From assembly GCA_045633045.1 (NCBI GenBank), contig JAZQXV010000010.1, forward strand, positions 14,592 to 78,591: DNA of 64,000 nucleotides, written 5' to 3'. Under the pieces are notes generated by a model, which saw nothing but the letters and a program-made list of their open reading frames with translations, was not told the DNA's origin and did not search any database. Of the stretch, positions 27,292 to 36,664 are shown in pieces. The position numbers were made by a program, and so were the translations under genes. Origin of the DNA: Alistipes sp. GTDB taxonomy: Bacteria; Bacteroidota; Bacteroidia; Bacteroidales; Rikenellaceae. Positions within the stretch are counted from its first letter, which is position 1. Every line of letters begins with the position of its first letter.

Positions 27292-28395
27292 ATGAAACAC
27301 CTATATAAACACATATTTTTAGCACTCCTATTTGTAGTATTGTGGTGCGGACTTTTCGCCCAGGAGAGCACAAAAAGTGCATTAGTCTTTCAAAAAAGTA
27401 TCCACGACTTCGGCCATATCGACGAGGATAGAGGTACTGTAACATGTAGTTTTGAGGGCGTGAACACATCAAGCTACCCTATCGAGGTCAAAAAAATCGT
27501 TACAACATGCGGATGCACAACCGTAGAATTCAGCCAAAGGCCAATCCCTGCGGGTGAAAGATTTCGCTTCAAGGTAGCATTCAATCCTCTCAACCGCCCA
27601 GGCCGCATCGACAAACAGATATTCGTAACGGCCTCCGACTCGTCAAGCGAGATATGTCTAAATATAATAGGATACGTGAACGCGCGCGCACGCACGATAG
27701 ATGAACTCTACCCCTTCGACATGGGAGGAGGACTACGCCTAAAGAGCAACTTCCACGCATTTGGCTACCTCGAGCATGGCAAGGAGCTTACGGAACATAT
27801 CGGCTATGTAAACACATCGCATAGTACGATAGCCATAGATATAGATTATAGCACAGAGTCTCACCTCCTTGACATCACCTACCCCACTCGCATTGAGGCG
27901 GGGGCGAAGGGTGACATTACGCTACGCTATGCCATAGGTGAGGAGAGCGACGTATATGGTACAAGGCGCGATGTTATGCAGATTAAGGTTAATGGTGTGC
28001 CTGCCACCTACGCCCTAACATCGCAGGTTATCGTGACCGATAATTTCGATAATATGGACGATATTTCAGCCCCGATGCTCGTTATTTCGAAAAATATTAT
28101 TAAATTTGGGGAGGTAAATTGCTCTAACGACGTATTGGAACAGCGTGTGGTGCTTACCAATGAGGGGGCATCGCCGCTTGTTGTGCGTACTATGGAGAGC
28201 AGTTCTCCGGCTGTGGAATGCCTTGCGGAGCGCGACATTATCATCACCCCAGGAGCATCACACGAGGTTGTCGTACGCCTATATGCTACGCGTATAGAGG
28301 ATATAGACAACCCCTTTGTTGCGCGCATATACGTTATCACCAACGACCCGCTGCGCCCCATGCAGTCGGTGCGCGTGAATGCCCTACCACTTTAG
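27292..28395 (+). CDS. DUF1573 domain protein (Ig-like repeats, signal peptide)
   Basis: HDFGHI.E..G.V...F...N...P....V.TCGCT; start reassigned to ATG 27292. Confidence 0.8.
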   Translation: MKHLYKHIFLALLFVVLWCGLFAQESTKSALVFQKSIHDFGHIDEDRGTVTCSFEGVNTSSYPIEVKKIVTTCGCTTVEFSQRPIPAGERFRFKVAFNPLNRPGRIDKQIFVTASDSSSEICLNIIGYVNARARTIDELYPFDMGGGLRLKSNFHAFGYLEHGKELTEHIGYVNTSHSTIAIDIDYSTESHLLDITYPTRIEAGAKGDITLRYAIGEESDVYGTRRDVMQIKVNGVPATYALTSQVIVTDNFDNMDDISAPMLVISKNIIKFGEVNCSNDVLEQRVVLTNEGASPLVVRTMESSSPAVECLAERDIIITPGASHEVVVRLYATRIEDIDNPFVARIYVITNDPLRPMQSVRVNALPL

Positions 28396-28446
28396 GTGGG
28401 CCAGGATAAAGAAACACAAACAATAATATAAACTAAGGAGATTAAA

Positions 28447-29310
28447 ATGTTTAAGATTGTCGAAAAACGCAAGCTCGCGGAGAACATCTACGAGATGAAG
28501 ATCGCCGCGGAGCGTGTTGCACGTGCTGCCCTCCCTGGACAGTTCGTCATTGTACGCGCTGACGAGGGTGGCGAGCGCATCCCTCTCACCATTGCCGACT
28601 ACGATGTAGAGGCTGGTACCGTAACCATCGTTACTCAGACCATTGGTCACTCAACAAAGAAGATCTGTAACCTCGAGGCTGGCGACTCGCTCGTTGACTT
28701 CGCCGGTCCATTGGGTCGTCCATCGGAGTTCGTACACATGCCTTTGGAGGAGCTCAAGAGCCGTAAGTATCTCTTCGTTGCTGGTGGCGTAGGTACTGCA
28801 CCTGTATATCCTCAGGTTAAGTGGCTCAAGCAGCATGGCGTAGAGTGCGATGTTATCATCGGCGCAAAGACCAAGGATATGCTCATCTACATCGACGAGA
28901 TGAAGAAGGTGGGCAATGTACACATTGCAACTGACGATGGCACCGAGGGCTACAAAGGTATGGTAACAGGCCTCATGAAGGAGCTCGTAGAGACTGAGGG
29001 CCGTAAGTATGACGAGTGCGTATGTATCGGTCCTATGATTATGATGAAGTTCGTATGCCTCACCACAAAGCCCTGGAACTTGCAGACTACCGTATCGCTC
29101 AACGCGCTTATGGTTGATGGCACAGGTATGTGTGGCGCTTGCCGCGTATCGGTGGGTGGTAAGACACTCTTCACTTGCGTTGACGGCCCCGAGTTCGACG
29201 GCCACCAGGTGGACTTCGACGAGGCTATGCGTCGCCAGGCGATGTATAAGAACCAGGAGAGATTAGACAACGAGAATCGCGAACACAAATGTAACTGCTA
29301 TGGCAAATAA
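28447..29310 (+). CDS. nfnA: NfnA-like ferredoxin-NADP reductase small subunit (FAD, 2Fe-2S)
   Basis: PGQFVIVR..E.GERIPLTIAD, GGVGTAP, MVDGTGMCGACRV...CVDGPEF. Confidence 0.8.
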   Translation: MFKIVEKRKLAENIYEMKIAAERVARAALPGQFVIVRADEGGERIPLTIADYDVEAGTVTIVTQTIGHSTKKICNLEAGDSLVDFAGPLGRPSEFVHMPLEELKSRKYLFVAGGVGTAPVYPQVKWLKQHGVECDVIIGAKTKDMLIYIDEMKKVGNVHIATDDGTEGYKGMVTGLMKELVETEGRKYDECVCIGPMIMMKFVCLTTKPWNLQTTVSLNALMVDGTGMCGACRVSVGGKTLFTCVDGPEFDGHQVDFDEAMRRQAMYKNQERLDNENREHKCNCYGK

Positions 29311-30691
29311 GATACCACGCGTCGCTGTACGCGAACAAGATCCCAAGGTGCGTGCCACTAACTTCGAGGAGGTATGCTACGGCTACAACCAGGAGGAGGC
29401 ATTGCTTGAGGCAACACGCTGCTTGAACTGTAAGAACCCACGCTGCGTTGCTGCGTGCCCCGTAAATATCAACATCCCAGAGTTTATCCACCACCTCACA
29501 GAGGGCGACATCCGTGGCGCTGCCGACACCATCCATGTCGATAGCTCACTCCCCTCAATTTGTGGCCGCGTATGTCCCCAGGAGTCGCAGTGCGAGGGCT
29601 CATGCGTATTGGGCATCAAGGGCGAGCCTGTTGCTATCGGCAAGCTCGAGCGCTTCGTGGGTGACTGGTCATTGGAGCACAGTGCAGAGGTTGAGAACGT
29701 GGAGATTACACCTAACGGCCACCGCGTAGCCGTTGTAGGTAGTGGCCCTGCAGGCTTGGCATGTGCAAGTGACCTCGCTAAGATGGGCTATAAGGTGGAT
29801 GTATTCGAGGCTTTGCACCGCTTGGGTGGTGTATTGTCGTATGGCATCCCCGAGTTCCGTTTGCCTAAGGATAGAGTCGTTGCACGCGAGATTAACGAGG
29901 TTAAGAAGCTCGGCGTGAGCTTCGAGACAGATGTTATCGTGGGCCGCACAACAACCATCGACTCACTTCTCGACACTGAGGGCTACGACGCAGTCTTCGT
30001 TGGCTCAGGCGCAGGTCTTCCCCGCTTCATGGGCATCGAGGGCGAGAACCTCAATGGCGTACTCTCGGCTAATGAGTTCCTCACACGAGTAAACCTTATG
30101 GGTGCATGGGATCCTGAGCACAACGACACCCCCGTATATGTAGGCCGCAAGGTTGTAGTTGTGGGTGGTGGTAATGTTGCCATGGATGCTGTACGTACTG
30201 CAAAGCGTCTCGGCGCAGAGGCTGTTATCGTATATCGCCGTGGCGAGGCTGAGCTTCCCGCGCGTAAGGAGGAGGTACACCACGCTAAGGAGGAGGGCAT
30301 CGAGTTCCGCATGCTCACCAACCCCACTCACATCATCGGCACAGAGGATGGCTGGGTTAAGGGCATCAACTGCGTAGAGATGGAGCTCGGCGAGCCCGAT
30401 GCAAGTGGCCGTCGTTCGCCCGTTGAGAGGGCTGGCTCTGATTTCGTTATCGACTGCGACGTCGTTATCATGGCATTGGGTACATCGCCCAACCCACTTA
30501 TAGCTTCGACAACTGGTGGCTTGAATATCAACCGCCGCGGCTGCATCGAGGCAAACGAGATGGGTGCTACATCACGCGAGGGTGTCTTCGCTGGTGGTGA
30601 CGCTGTGACAGGTGCTGCAACCGTAATCTTAGCTATGGGTGCTGGTCGTAAGGCTGCTAAGGCTATTGACGAATACATCAAGTCTAAGTAA
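29300..30691 (+). CDS. nfnB: NfnB-like large subunit (GltD/GltA homolog)
   Basis: RCLNCK.P.C...CPV, CGRVCPQE.QCE, GSGPAGL, GGGNVAMD, GGDAVTGAATVI; overlaps nfnA. Confidence 0.75.
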   Translation: MANKIPRVAVREQDPKVRATNFEEVCYGYNQEEALLEATRCLNCKNPRCVAACPVNINIPEFIHHLTEGDIRGAADTIHVDSSLPSICGRVCPQESQCEGSCVLGIKGEPVAIGKLERFVGDWSLEHSAEVENVEITPNGHRVAVVGSGPAGLACASDLAKMGYKVDVFEALHRLGGVLSYGIPEFRLPKDRVVAREINEVKKLGVSFETDVIVGRTTTIDSLLDTEGYDAVFVGSGAGLPRFMGIEGENLNGVLSANEFLTRVNLMGAWDPEHNDTPVYVGRKVVVVGGGNVAMDAVRTAKRLGAEAVIVYRRGEAELPARKEEVHHAKEEGIEFRMLTNPTHIIGTEDGWVKGINCVEMELGEPDASGRRSPVERAGSDFVIDCDVVIMALGTSPNPLIASTTGGLNINRRGCIEANEMGATSREGVFAGGDAVTGAATVILAMGAGRKAAKAIDEYIKSK

Positions 30692-30708
30692 GACCCAATA
30701 TACAACAA

Positions 30709-30741
30709 TTAAGGGGCTATCCGCTGTGGATAGCCCCTTAA
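30709..30741. terminator. Bidirectional terminator between convergent genes
   Basis: TTAAGGGGCTATCC-GCTGT-GGATAGCCCCTTAA. Confidence 0.8.
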
Positions 30742-30762
30742 TGTTTTTATGGATTGCAGATA

Positions 30763-32361
30763 TTAGTAGATGAGCTCGAAGTCATCGACCAACATCAAGC
30801 TCTGTGTCGAGCCAGTGAAGTAGTCACCAAAGTGAGAACCTGTACAGATGATGATGATATGCGTAGGTATCTCATTTGTCGAGCGATAGTCGATAGGCAG
30901 CGTAAACTCAATCCAGCCATCGGTAGACTCCGCGAAGATAAGCTCGCCAGAGCCTATTACATCCTTACCCTTAGGGTCAAAGAATGTGCTCTCGTTCTGC
31001 GTGTTTACTACCACGGGGCACTCCTCGCTACCACCATACTCGGCAGCAGTCCAGTTACCCACGGCAATGGCAATCTGACCCTCGTCGTTATCACCCTTCT
31101 TGAGGTCGGGGCGTGCCGAGGGCACCTTACCCACCTCGTCGATAACACCGCAGTTATACTTAACCCAGCCGTGAAGAGCTACTGGGCGTGCAGTACAGGG
31201 GCGACCGAAGTTTACAAGGCCGTTAGTACCTACGAGGCCACCGAACTCTCCAACAAAGAGGTTACCAGCAGCGAACTTACCGATACCCATGAGCGAAGCC
31301 TTCTTCGACTGAAGCGATGCAGCATATGTGCCCTCGCTACCAGGACGGATATCCTCGGTAGGCTCAGTGAGGGTGGTACTTGCGAGTGCTGCGCCATCGT
31401 TACCTGTACCCCAGTAGGGTGCTGCACCCTCAAGGTATGGATATACGATATTGTTGTTTGTTGACCACTCCTCGAAACCAGCATTTGGAAGGAGGAAGGT
31501 ATCCTCAGTCATTACCTTTACTACCTCTGTGACATTCTCGCCAGAGTATGCCATAACCTCATACTCAGTGAGTGTCTCGAGATCTGCAACACATGCCGAG
31601 AAACTACCACCATCAACCGTTACATCCTCAACCTCTGTCCACTCCTCTGTGCCAGCCACGCGGTAGCGGAAGCCGAGATCAGAGTTAGCGCGGCCATTAG
31701 CATAGAGCCAGATACGCTTTGCCCATGCATCAACAGCCGAGAACTCAACCTCTACATCCTTCTTCTCGATACGGAGTGTCCAGCGCTCATAGATGTCGCT
31801 GTGATATGTAACGTCGATGTTGCGCGCTGTATCCTCGAACGATGTGATTGTCAAAGGGTCGGGAGAGTAGGTTGTAATCTCCGCGGGACCAAACTTTGCA
31901 AGGAGAACCTTGACGTTCGAAAGGTCGAAATCCATAGGCACATATGCCGTAGCCACGCAACCAACAGGATCGATCTCCGACTCACCAATCTGACCCTCAA
32001 CGCGGAAGAAGCGTGTGATATCCTGCTTCGCAGTGATTGTCCACTCATAGTCCTGATACATAGAGAGTGTGACATAGAGAGGATTACGCATGTCAAATAC
32101 GCCAGGGAAGACAACATCCGACTCAGCACCCTCGGTCATGCCCACATTAGTGATATTCACCTTACGAACATCGGTAGTCTCCTTAAGCTCAAGCTCTACG
32201 GTGTGGTTTGTAGCGTTAATTACAGGCTCAGACTTAAGACCCTCAGCCTCAAGGTTAACTATATCAAGCTTAACGATGGGATAGGGAATATCATTCTCAA
32301 TGCAACCACCGAGCACGAACATAAGGGCTCCCATGCCCAAAAAACGGAATATATTACGCAT
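30763..32361 (-). CDS. PCMD-domain lipoprotein
   Basis: GGCIENDIPYP N-terminus; LPNAGFEEW...WGTGN.G...KFAAGNLF.G.F...GDYFTG...S.MLVDDFELIY. Confidence 0.8.
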   Translation of the reverse strand: MRNIFRFLGMGALMFVLGGCIENDIPYPIVKLDIVNLEAEGLKSEPVINATNHTVELELKETTDVRKVNITNVGMTEGAESDVVFPGVFDMRNPLYVTLSMYQDYEWTITAKQDITRFFRVEGQIGESEIDPVGCVATAYVPMDFDLSNVKVLLAKFGPAEITTYSPDPLTITSFEDTARNIDVTYHSDIYERWTLRIEKKDVEVEFSAVDAWAKRIWLYANGRANSDLGFRYRVAGTEEWTEVEDVTVDGGSFSACVADLETLTEYEVMAYSGENVTEVVKVMTEDTFLLPNAGFEEWSTNNNIVYPYLEGAAPYWGTGNDGAALASTTLTEPTEDIRPGSEGTYAASLQSKKASLMGIGKFAAGNLFVGEFGGLVGTNGLVNFGRPCTARPVALHGWVKYNCGVIDEVGKVPSARPDLKKGDNDEGQIAIAVGNWTAAEYGGSEECPVVVNTQNESTFFDPKGKDVIGSGELIFAESTDGWIEFTLPIDYRSTNEIPTHIIIICTGSHFGDYFTGSTQSLMLVDDFELIY

Positions 32362-32363
32362 AA

Positions 32364-33716
32364 CTACTTCTTCTTATTATTCCACAAATGGGCAACAACG
32401 CCAATCTGTATATCCGTAATGTTTATCTTGAAATTGAGGCTCGAGTGGTCGCGACGACCAATAACGTTATCCATAGCATCGTACTGACGAACGTTGTTGT
32501 ATCTCAAACCTCCGATGCCCACAGTAGCTGTTACACATACCTGAGGGAAGATGTAGATACCAAGGCCTGGGTTAACGTTGAGTTCAGCTGCGAAGTTGCT
32601 ACTGCGTGAGACGTTAACAACCTCACCACCCGATGTAAAGCGCGATGAGCCACTCTTAACCAAGATCTCCGACTCGATGATCACACCCACAATGCCACGA
32701 CGGTCCAAGCCGAGGTAGTTGCGGTGGAAGAGTGCCCACGAGAAGCTCTCGCTGCGAAGACCGAGGTTAGAGATACTCATATCCTCCAAACCGTCAGCGA
32801 TAAGGCCGAGGTTAAGGTCAACGTTGTCGATGCTACCGTCGATAAACTGATAGCCGAGGCGGATACCCACAGCCATGTTGTCGCGGTAGGCGTATGCGAA
32901 GAATGGACGAACCGTAGTGCTACGCAAGCCGATATTGATGTCGTTGAGCAAGAGCATGATGTCCGAATCCTCGGTGCTGATATTGCCATACGACGCTGTA
33001 AGACCGAGCATGCACTCACCCTTATAGACGAACTTATTTACGCCAATATTGCGGTCAACACGTTGACGCATGGGCAAGAAGCGCGTCTTAATGATACTCT
33101 CCAACTCGGCATAAGCCGTAATCTGCTCCATTGGTGTCAATATTGTTGTCAATGCGCTATTTGCGGCATACTGCTCGATGCTGAAGTCTGCAGGAAGGAT
33201 ATTCTTTACAATCTCTGCAACATTCGCAGCCTCGGGCACCTCATCCGACTCCGCTGCAGGCTCACCAACATACGCTGCAATCTCCTCGATAGGTGTTAAG
33301 TCTGATGATGTAGCCTCCTCCGCCACACTCTGCTCAATATAGAAATCTGCAGGAAGGATAGCCTTCACAATCTCGGCAACATCCTTCTTTGTAGCCTCAG
33401 GATTTTCATCCTTCACCTCTGTTGCCACCTCAACTAAAGTAGTAGCCTCCTCAACTACGGCCTCTTCAACTGCTGTAACAGTCTCTTCAACCAAGGTAGT
33501 AACCTCCTCAACTACAGCCTCTTCAACTGCTGTAGCAGTCTCTTCAACTGCAGCAACAGCCTCCTCTACGGGAGTTGCCTCAGCTGTTTCTGACTGCTGT
33601 GTAAAAAGTTCCTGAGGAAGGACTATCTTTGCTATCTCCACATAATCGCGGCTCTGTGCCTGAACCGTTGCTACTGAAACTACTGCAGCAGCTATAAATA
33701 GTATTAGTCTCTTCAT
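32364..33716 (-). CDS. Outer-membrane beta-barrel protein with acidic repetitive N-terminal extension
   Basis: Signal peptide; E/A/V/T-rich repeats; F.YKGE...G.TASY barrel region paralogous to 33729-34544. Confidence 0.65.
   Translation of the reverse strand: MKRLILFIAAAVVSVATVQAQSRDYVEIAKIVLPQELFTQQSETAEATPVEEAVAAVEETATAVEEAVVEEVTTLVEETVTAVEEAVVEEATTLVEVATEVKDENPEATKKDVAEIVKAILPADFYIEQSVAEEATSSDLTPIEEIAAYVGEPAAESDEVPEAANVAEIVKNILPADFSIEQYAANSALTTILTPMEQITAYAELESIIKTRFLPMRQRVDRNIGVNKFVYKGECMLGLTASYGNISTEDSDIMLLLNDINIGLRSTTVRPFFAYAYRDNMAVGIRLGYQFIDGSIDNVDLNLGLIADGLEDMSISNLGLRSESFSWALFHRNYLGLDRRGIVGVIIESEILVKSGSSRFTSGGEVVNVSRSSNFAAELNVNPGLGIYIFPQVCVTATVGIGGLRYNNVRQYDAMDNVIGRRDHSSLNFKINITDIQIGVVAHLWNNKKK
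33430..33549. repeat. 57-bp tandem repeat (19 aa, VEETVTAVEEAVVEEATTL) inside the CDS
   Basis: Period 57 between 33439 and 33496. Confidence 0.75.
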
Positions 33717-33728
33717 AGTCTCTGCATT

Positions 33729-34544
33729 TTATAAGTAGAACGATACGCCGAAGCCCACCGAAAGGAAGTTCAGCTTGAAATTCATATCCGAAGATAGGTA
33801 CTCACCACTCTCAACCTGGTTCTTGAGCTGTGTAACGTGGTCAACACCGATGCCAAAGACACCAATAGAGAGCTCGAGAGCTGTGTTGTTAGTTACAAAA
33901 GCTACGATACCGGGCTGAAGTGCGATTGAGGCACCGAAGTTCTTGGAGTATGTACCCACATAGTCCTGCATGCCATCGATAACGCCACTCTCAGCAACGG
34001 TACGTATCTGACCACCCGAGAGGCTCAACTGCACCTCGGCAAAGACTGCAAAACGGTTGCTGTGTCCAAGTGGGATATATGGACGCCAGAAGATTGTACC
34101 TGTGTATGTATGCTTAAGACGGTGCAGATAATCGACATTGAGATCTGTACCCGACACCGAAAGCGATGCATTGTCGAGCGCAAGCAACGAGCGGTTGTAG
34201 CCAAAGCGTACACCAAGAGCCATATTCTTGCTGATAGCGTAGGCAATCATGGGGCTAACACCTACGGTATAACCCTCCGAGTTGATATCATCAACCACGA
34301 GAAGTTTATAGCTCTCGTTTGTATGTGTAGAGTATGACGCCGTACCACCAAATATCCACTGACCGCGTGGCACAAAGGTTGCATCCGTAGAGAAGCCTCT
34401 GCGTGCGCGAGCCTCGTTGGGTGTCAAGGCTGTCGTAACATCCTCCGATGTCACAACCTCAACGCCCTCACTCTCGGCGCTCTGTGCCATAGCTCCCACT
34501 ATCGAGAACATGGCCACAAAAAGTGTTATATAAAATCTCTTCAT
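33729..34544 (-). CDS. Outer-membrane beta-barrel protein
   Basis: Signal peptide, FVPRGQWIFGGTASY, amphipathic strands, C-terminal GFGVSFYL barrel signal. Confidence 0.75.
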   Translation of the reverse strand: MKRFYITLFVAMFSIVGAMAQSAESEGVEVVTSEDVTTALTPNEARARRGFSTDATFVPRGQWIFGGTASYSTHTNESYKLLVVDDINSEGYTVGVSPMIAYAISKNMALGVRFGYNRSLLALDNASLSVSGTDLNVDYLHRLKHTYTGTIFWRPYIPLGHSNRFAVFAEVQLSLSGGQIRTVAESGVIDGMQDYVGTYSKNFGASIALQPGIVAFVTNNTALELSIGVFGIGVDHVTQLKNQVESGEYLSSDMNFKLNFLSVGFGVSFYL

Positions 34545-34599
34545 TAATAAGAAGGTATCGAGATAGTGGCAACAGCCGTCGCCACTATCTCTATGTTTG

Positions 34600-36642
34600 C
34601 TAATAGTTCAAGACAATATCATCGACATACATCCACGAGTCGGTAGAACCGCAGAAGTAGTCACCATAGCCAGAGGGTGTGAACGACACAACGATCTTCT
34701 TAGGCTTCTTGTCCTTCATCTCCTCACGATATGTGATATTGATAGTCTCCTGGGTCCACTCAGCACGTGAGTCTGTGTTAGAAATATAGCCGTAGCCGAT
34801 AACACCGGGAGTATTACCCAACTGATCAACCTTGAGGAATGAGCTCTCATCCTTAGTGTTTACTGAATATGTTGTACCATCAGTAATGATCACCATAACG
34901 GTATAAATATCAGTACCTGAAGCGTGTGAACCCTGGTTGATAGTACCCTCGTTATTCTTCATCCAGAACGAGATGCTCTTAGGCTTAGCGGTAAACGCAA
35001 AGTCACGACCGAAGGTTACGATACCATCCATACCGCTAAGCATGAATGTACCTGTAAAGAGGTTACCCGCAGCGAACTTACCGAAACTCAGAAACGAGGC
35101 GAACTGCGACTTGAGATATGCAGAGTATGTACCAGTAGAGCCGGGACGCACGTCTGTAGAAGACTGTGTGAGTGTTGCACCTACCATGTTACCACCCTCG
35201 TTACCTGTGAGCCAGAATGGTGCATCACCCTGGCCGTAGGGAAGTACCCATGAGGCTGTATGCCAACGCTCCATATCGCCGTTAGGCAACTGTGTACCTG
35301 CTACTGTAGCGATAGAAAGACTCTTACCAGCATCTACACTATCCACGACGAGTTTATATGAGTAGGTTGTAGCAGGGGCGAAGTTATCCAGTTGGGCAAC
35401 ATAGTTACCATCGGCACCCAAGACTGCATCTACCATCTGCCACTCGCCGCCATTTGCGCTATATGCAACCTTAACGTTCGATGAAGCATCAAGCACCATA
35501 GCCTTGAACGATGCACGAGCAAACCAGAGGTCGTAGTCCGCAGTTGTGAGAGGCAATACACCCTGCACCTTATAGTTTACATCCTTAATAAGCTTACCGC
35601 CGTCAACATCCTCGATATTGAATGTAAGAATCTGCTCACCGCCAGCAACCTGTGAGAAGAATGTATCATTAACCGTTACCTTATATGAAAGGTCATCGTT
35701 CTTCAGAATGGCGATACCTTCTGGAACATTGTTAAGAAGGTCATACTCCTCACCCGACACAGTCAATGTCATAGTCTCGATTGTAGCCAATGACGCAATG
35801 TTGTAAGTGCGCGAAGGTGTTGTAGAGAACTGCTGCTCGCGAACATCGAAGCCTTCGCCCAGAACTGTAGGATCGGGGCTGAAGATGATAACATCCTCAT
35901 ACTCCTCGATAGACTCATCCACAATAGCCTCAAATACGAGGTTACCGGGAGCGTCCTTAGAGTACTTCAATGTGATTGTGTACTTCACAGCAGGCTTGAT
36001 GTTCTCGATAAGGCCCTCCTTAACGATATCACCCTCAACGGGATGAGTACCCTCGAAGTGCCAGTAGAGTGATGTCTCGCCCTCGGGCATGATAACATAA
36101 CCAGTCTTGCTATCCTCGTATGTCAACGCGAGGACATCGCCAGTAGCGATAGCTGAAGAGTCGTATGACTCGGCAATAGCAACAGTTGTAAAGTAACCTG
36201 CGCTGAGCTTCTCAGCCACTGTAGCATCGTAGTTTACAGCAACGATAGATGACTGAAGCTTACAATCTACGGTAACAGGAGTTACGTTACCGCGCTCGAT
36301 AGTGAATTTCTGCTCACCCAAGTAGTACTTTGTATCGAACGATACGGCACGCTTCTCACCCACCTGCACCTTCGCTACGTAGTTACCCTCAAGGAGTGCG
36401 AGGTACTCAGGAACATCTGCCATAGCCTCATAGCGACGGATAAGCTTCTGCTCCTCGTTCTCCACCTTGTAGATCTTAACAACGACGTTGTCGTCTGTCG
36501 AGAGCTCGGCCTTAGTTGTTACACCAAAGCGCATAGCACCCTCGTTCGATGCCAACTCTACGTTTGAATCGATATCTTTAGAGCATGATGCCATAACAAG
36601 CACAACGCTCAATAGTGCGAATAACTTTTTCATAAGAGACAT
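34600..36642 (-). CDS. DUF4493 plus PCMD lipoprotein
   Basis: ASC lipobox; YY.GEQ.F.I.....V.V.CKL..S.V.V.Y; C-terminal LPNGDMERW...KFAAGNLFTG...GDYF.GS..S.MYVDD. Confidence 0.75.
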   Translation of the reverse strand: MSLMKKLFALLSVVLVMASCSKDIDSNVELASNEGAMRFGVTTKAELSTDDNVVVKIYKVENEEQKLIRRYEAMADVPEYLALLEGNYVAKVQVGEKRAVSFDTKYYLGEQKFTIERGNVTPVTVDCKLQSSIVAVNYDATVAEKLSAGYFTTVAIAESYDSSAIATGDVLALTYEDSKTGYVIMPEGETSLYWHFEGTHPVEGDIVKEGLIENIKPAVKYTITLKYSKDAPGNLVFEAIVDESIEEYEDVIIFSPDPTVLGEGFDVREQQFSTTPSRTYNIASLATIETMTLTVSGEEYDLLNNVPEGIAILKNDDLSYKVTVNDTFFSQVAGGEQILTFNIEDVDGGKLIKDVNYKVQGVLPLTTADYDLWFARASFKAMVLDASSNVKVAYSANGGEWQMVDAVLGADGNYVAQLDNFAPATTYSYKLVVDSVDAGKSLSIATVAGTQLPNGDMERWHTASWVLPYGQGDAPFWLTGNEGGNMVGATLTQSSTDVRPGSTGTYSAYLKSQFASFLSFGKFAAGNLFTGTFMLSGMDGIVTFGRDFAFTAKPKSISFWMKNNEGTINQGSHASGTDIYTVMVIITDGTTYSVNTKDESSFLKVDQLGNTPGVIGYGYISNTDSRAEWTQETINITYREEMKDKKPKKIVVSFTPSGYGDYFCGSTDSWMYVDDIVLNY

Positions 36643-36664
36643 AATTTTATATATTAATTATGTG

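Noticed and set aside
29300-30691. Glutamate synthase
   Set aside because: No large subunit nearby; coupling to an FNR-like gene fits NfnAB better.
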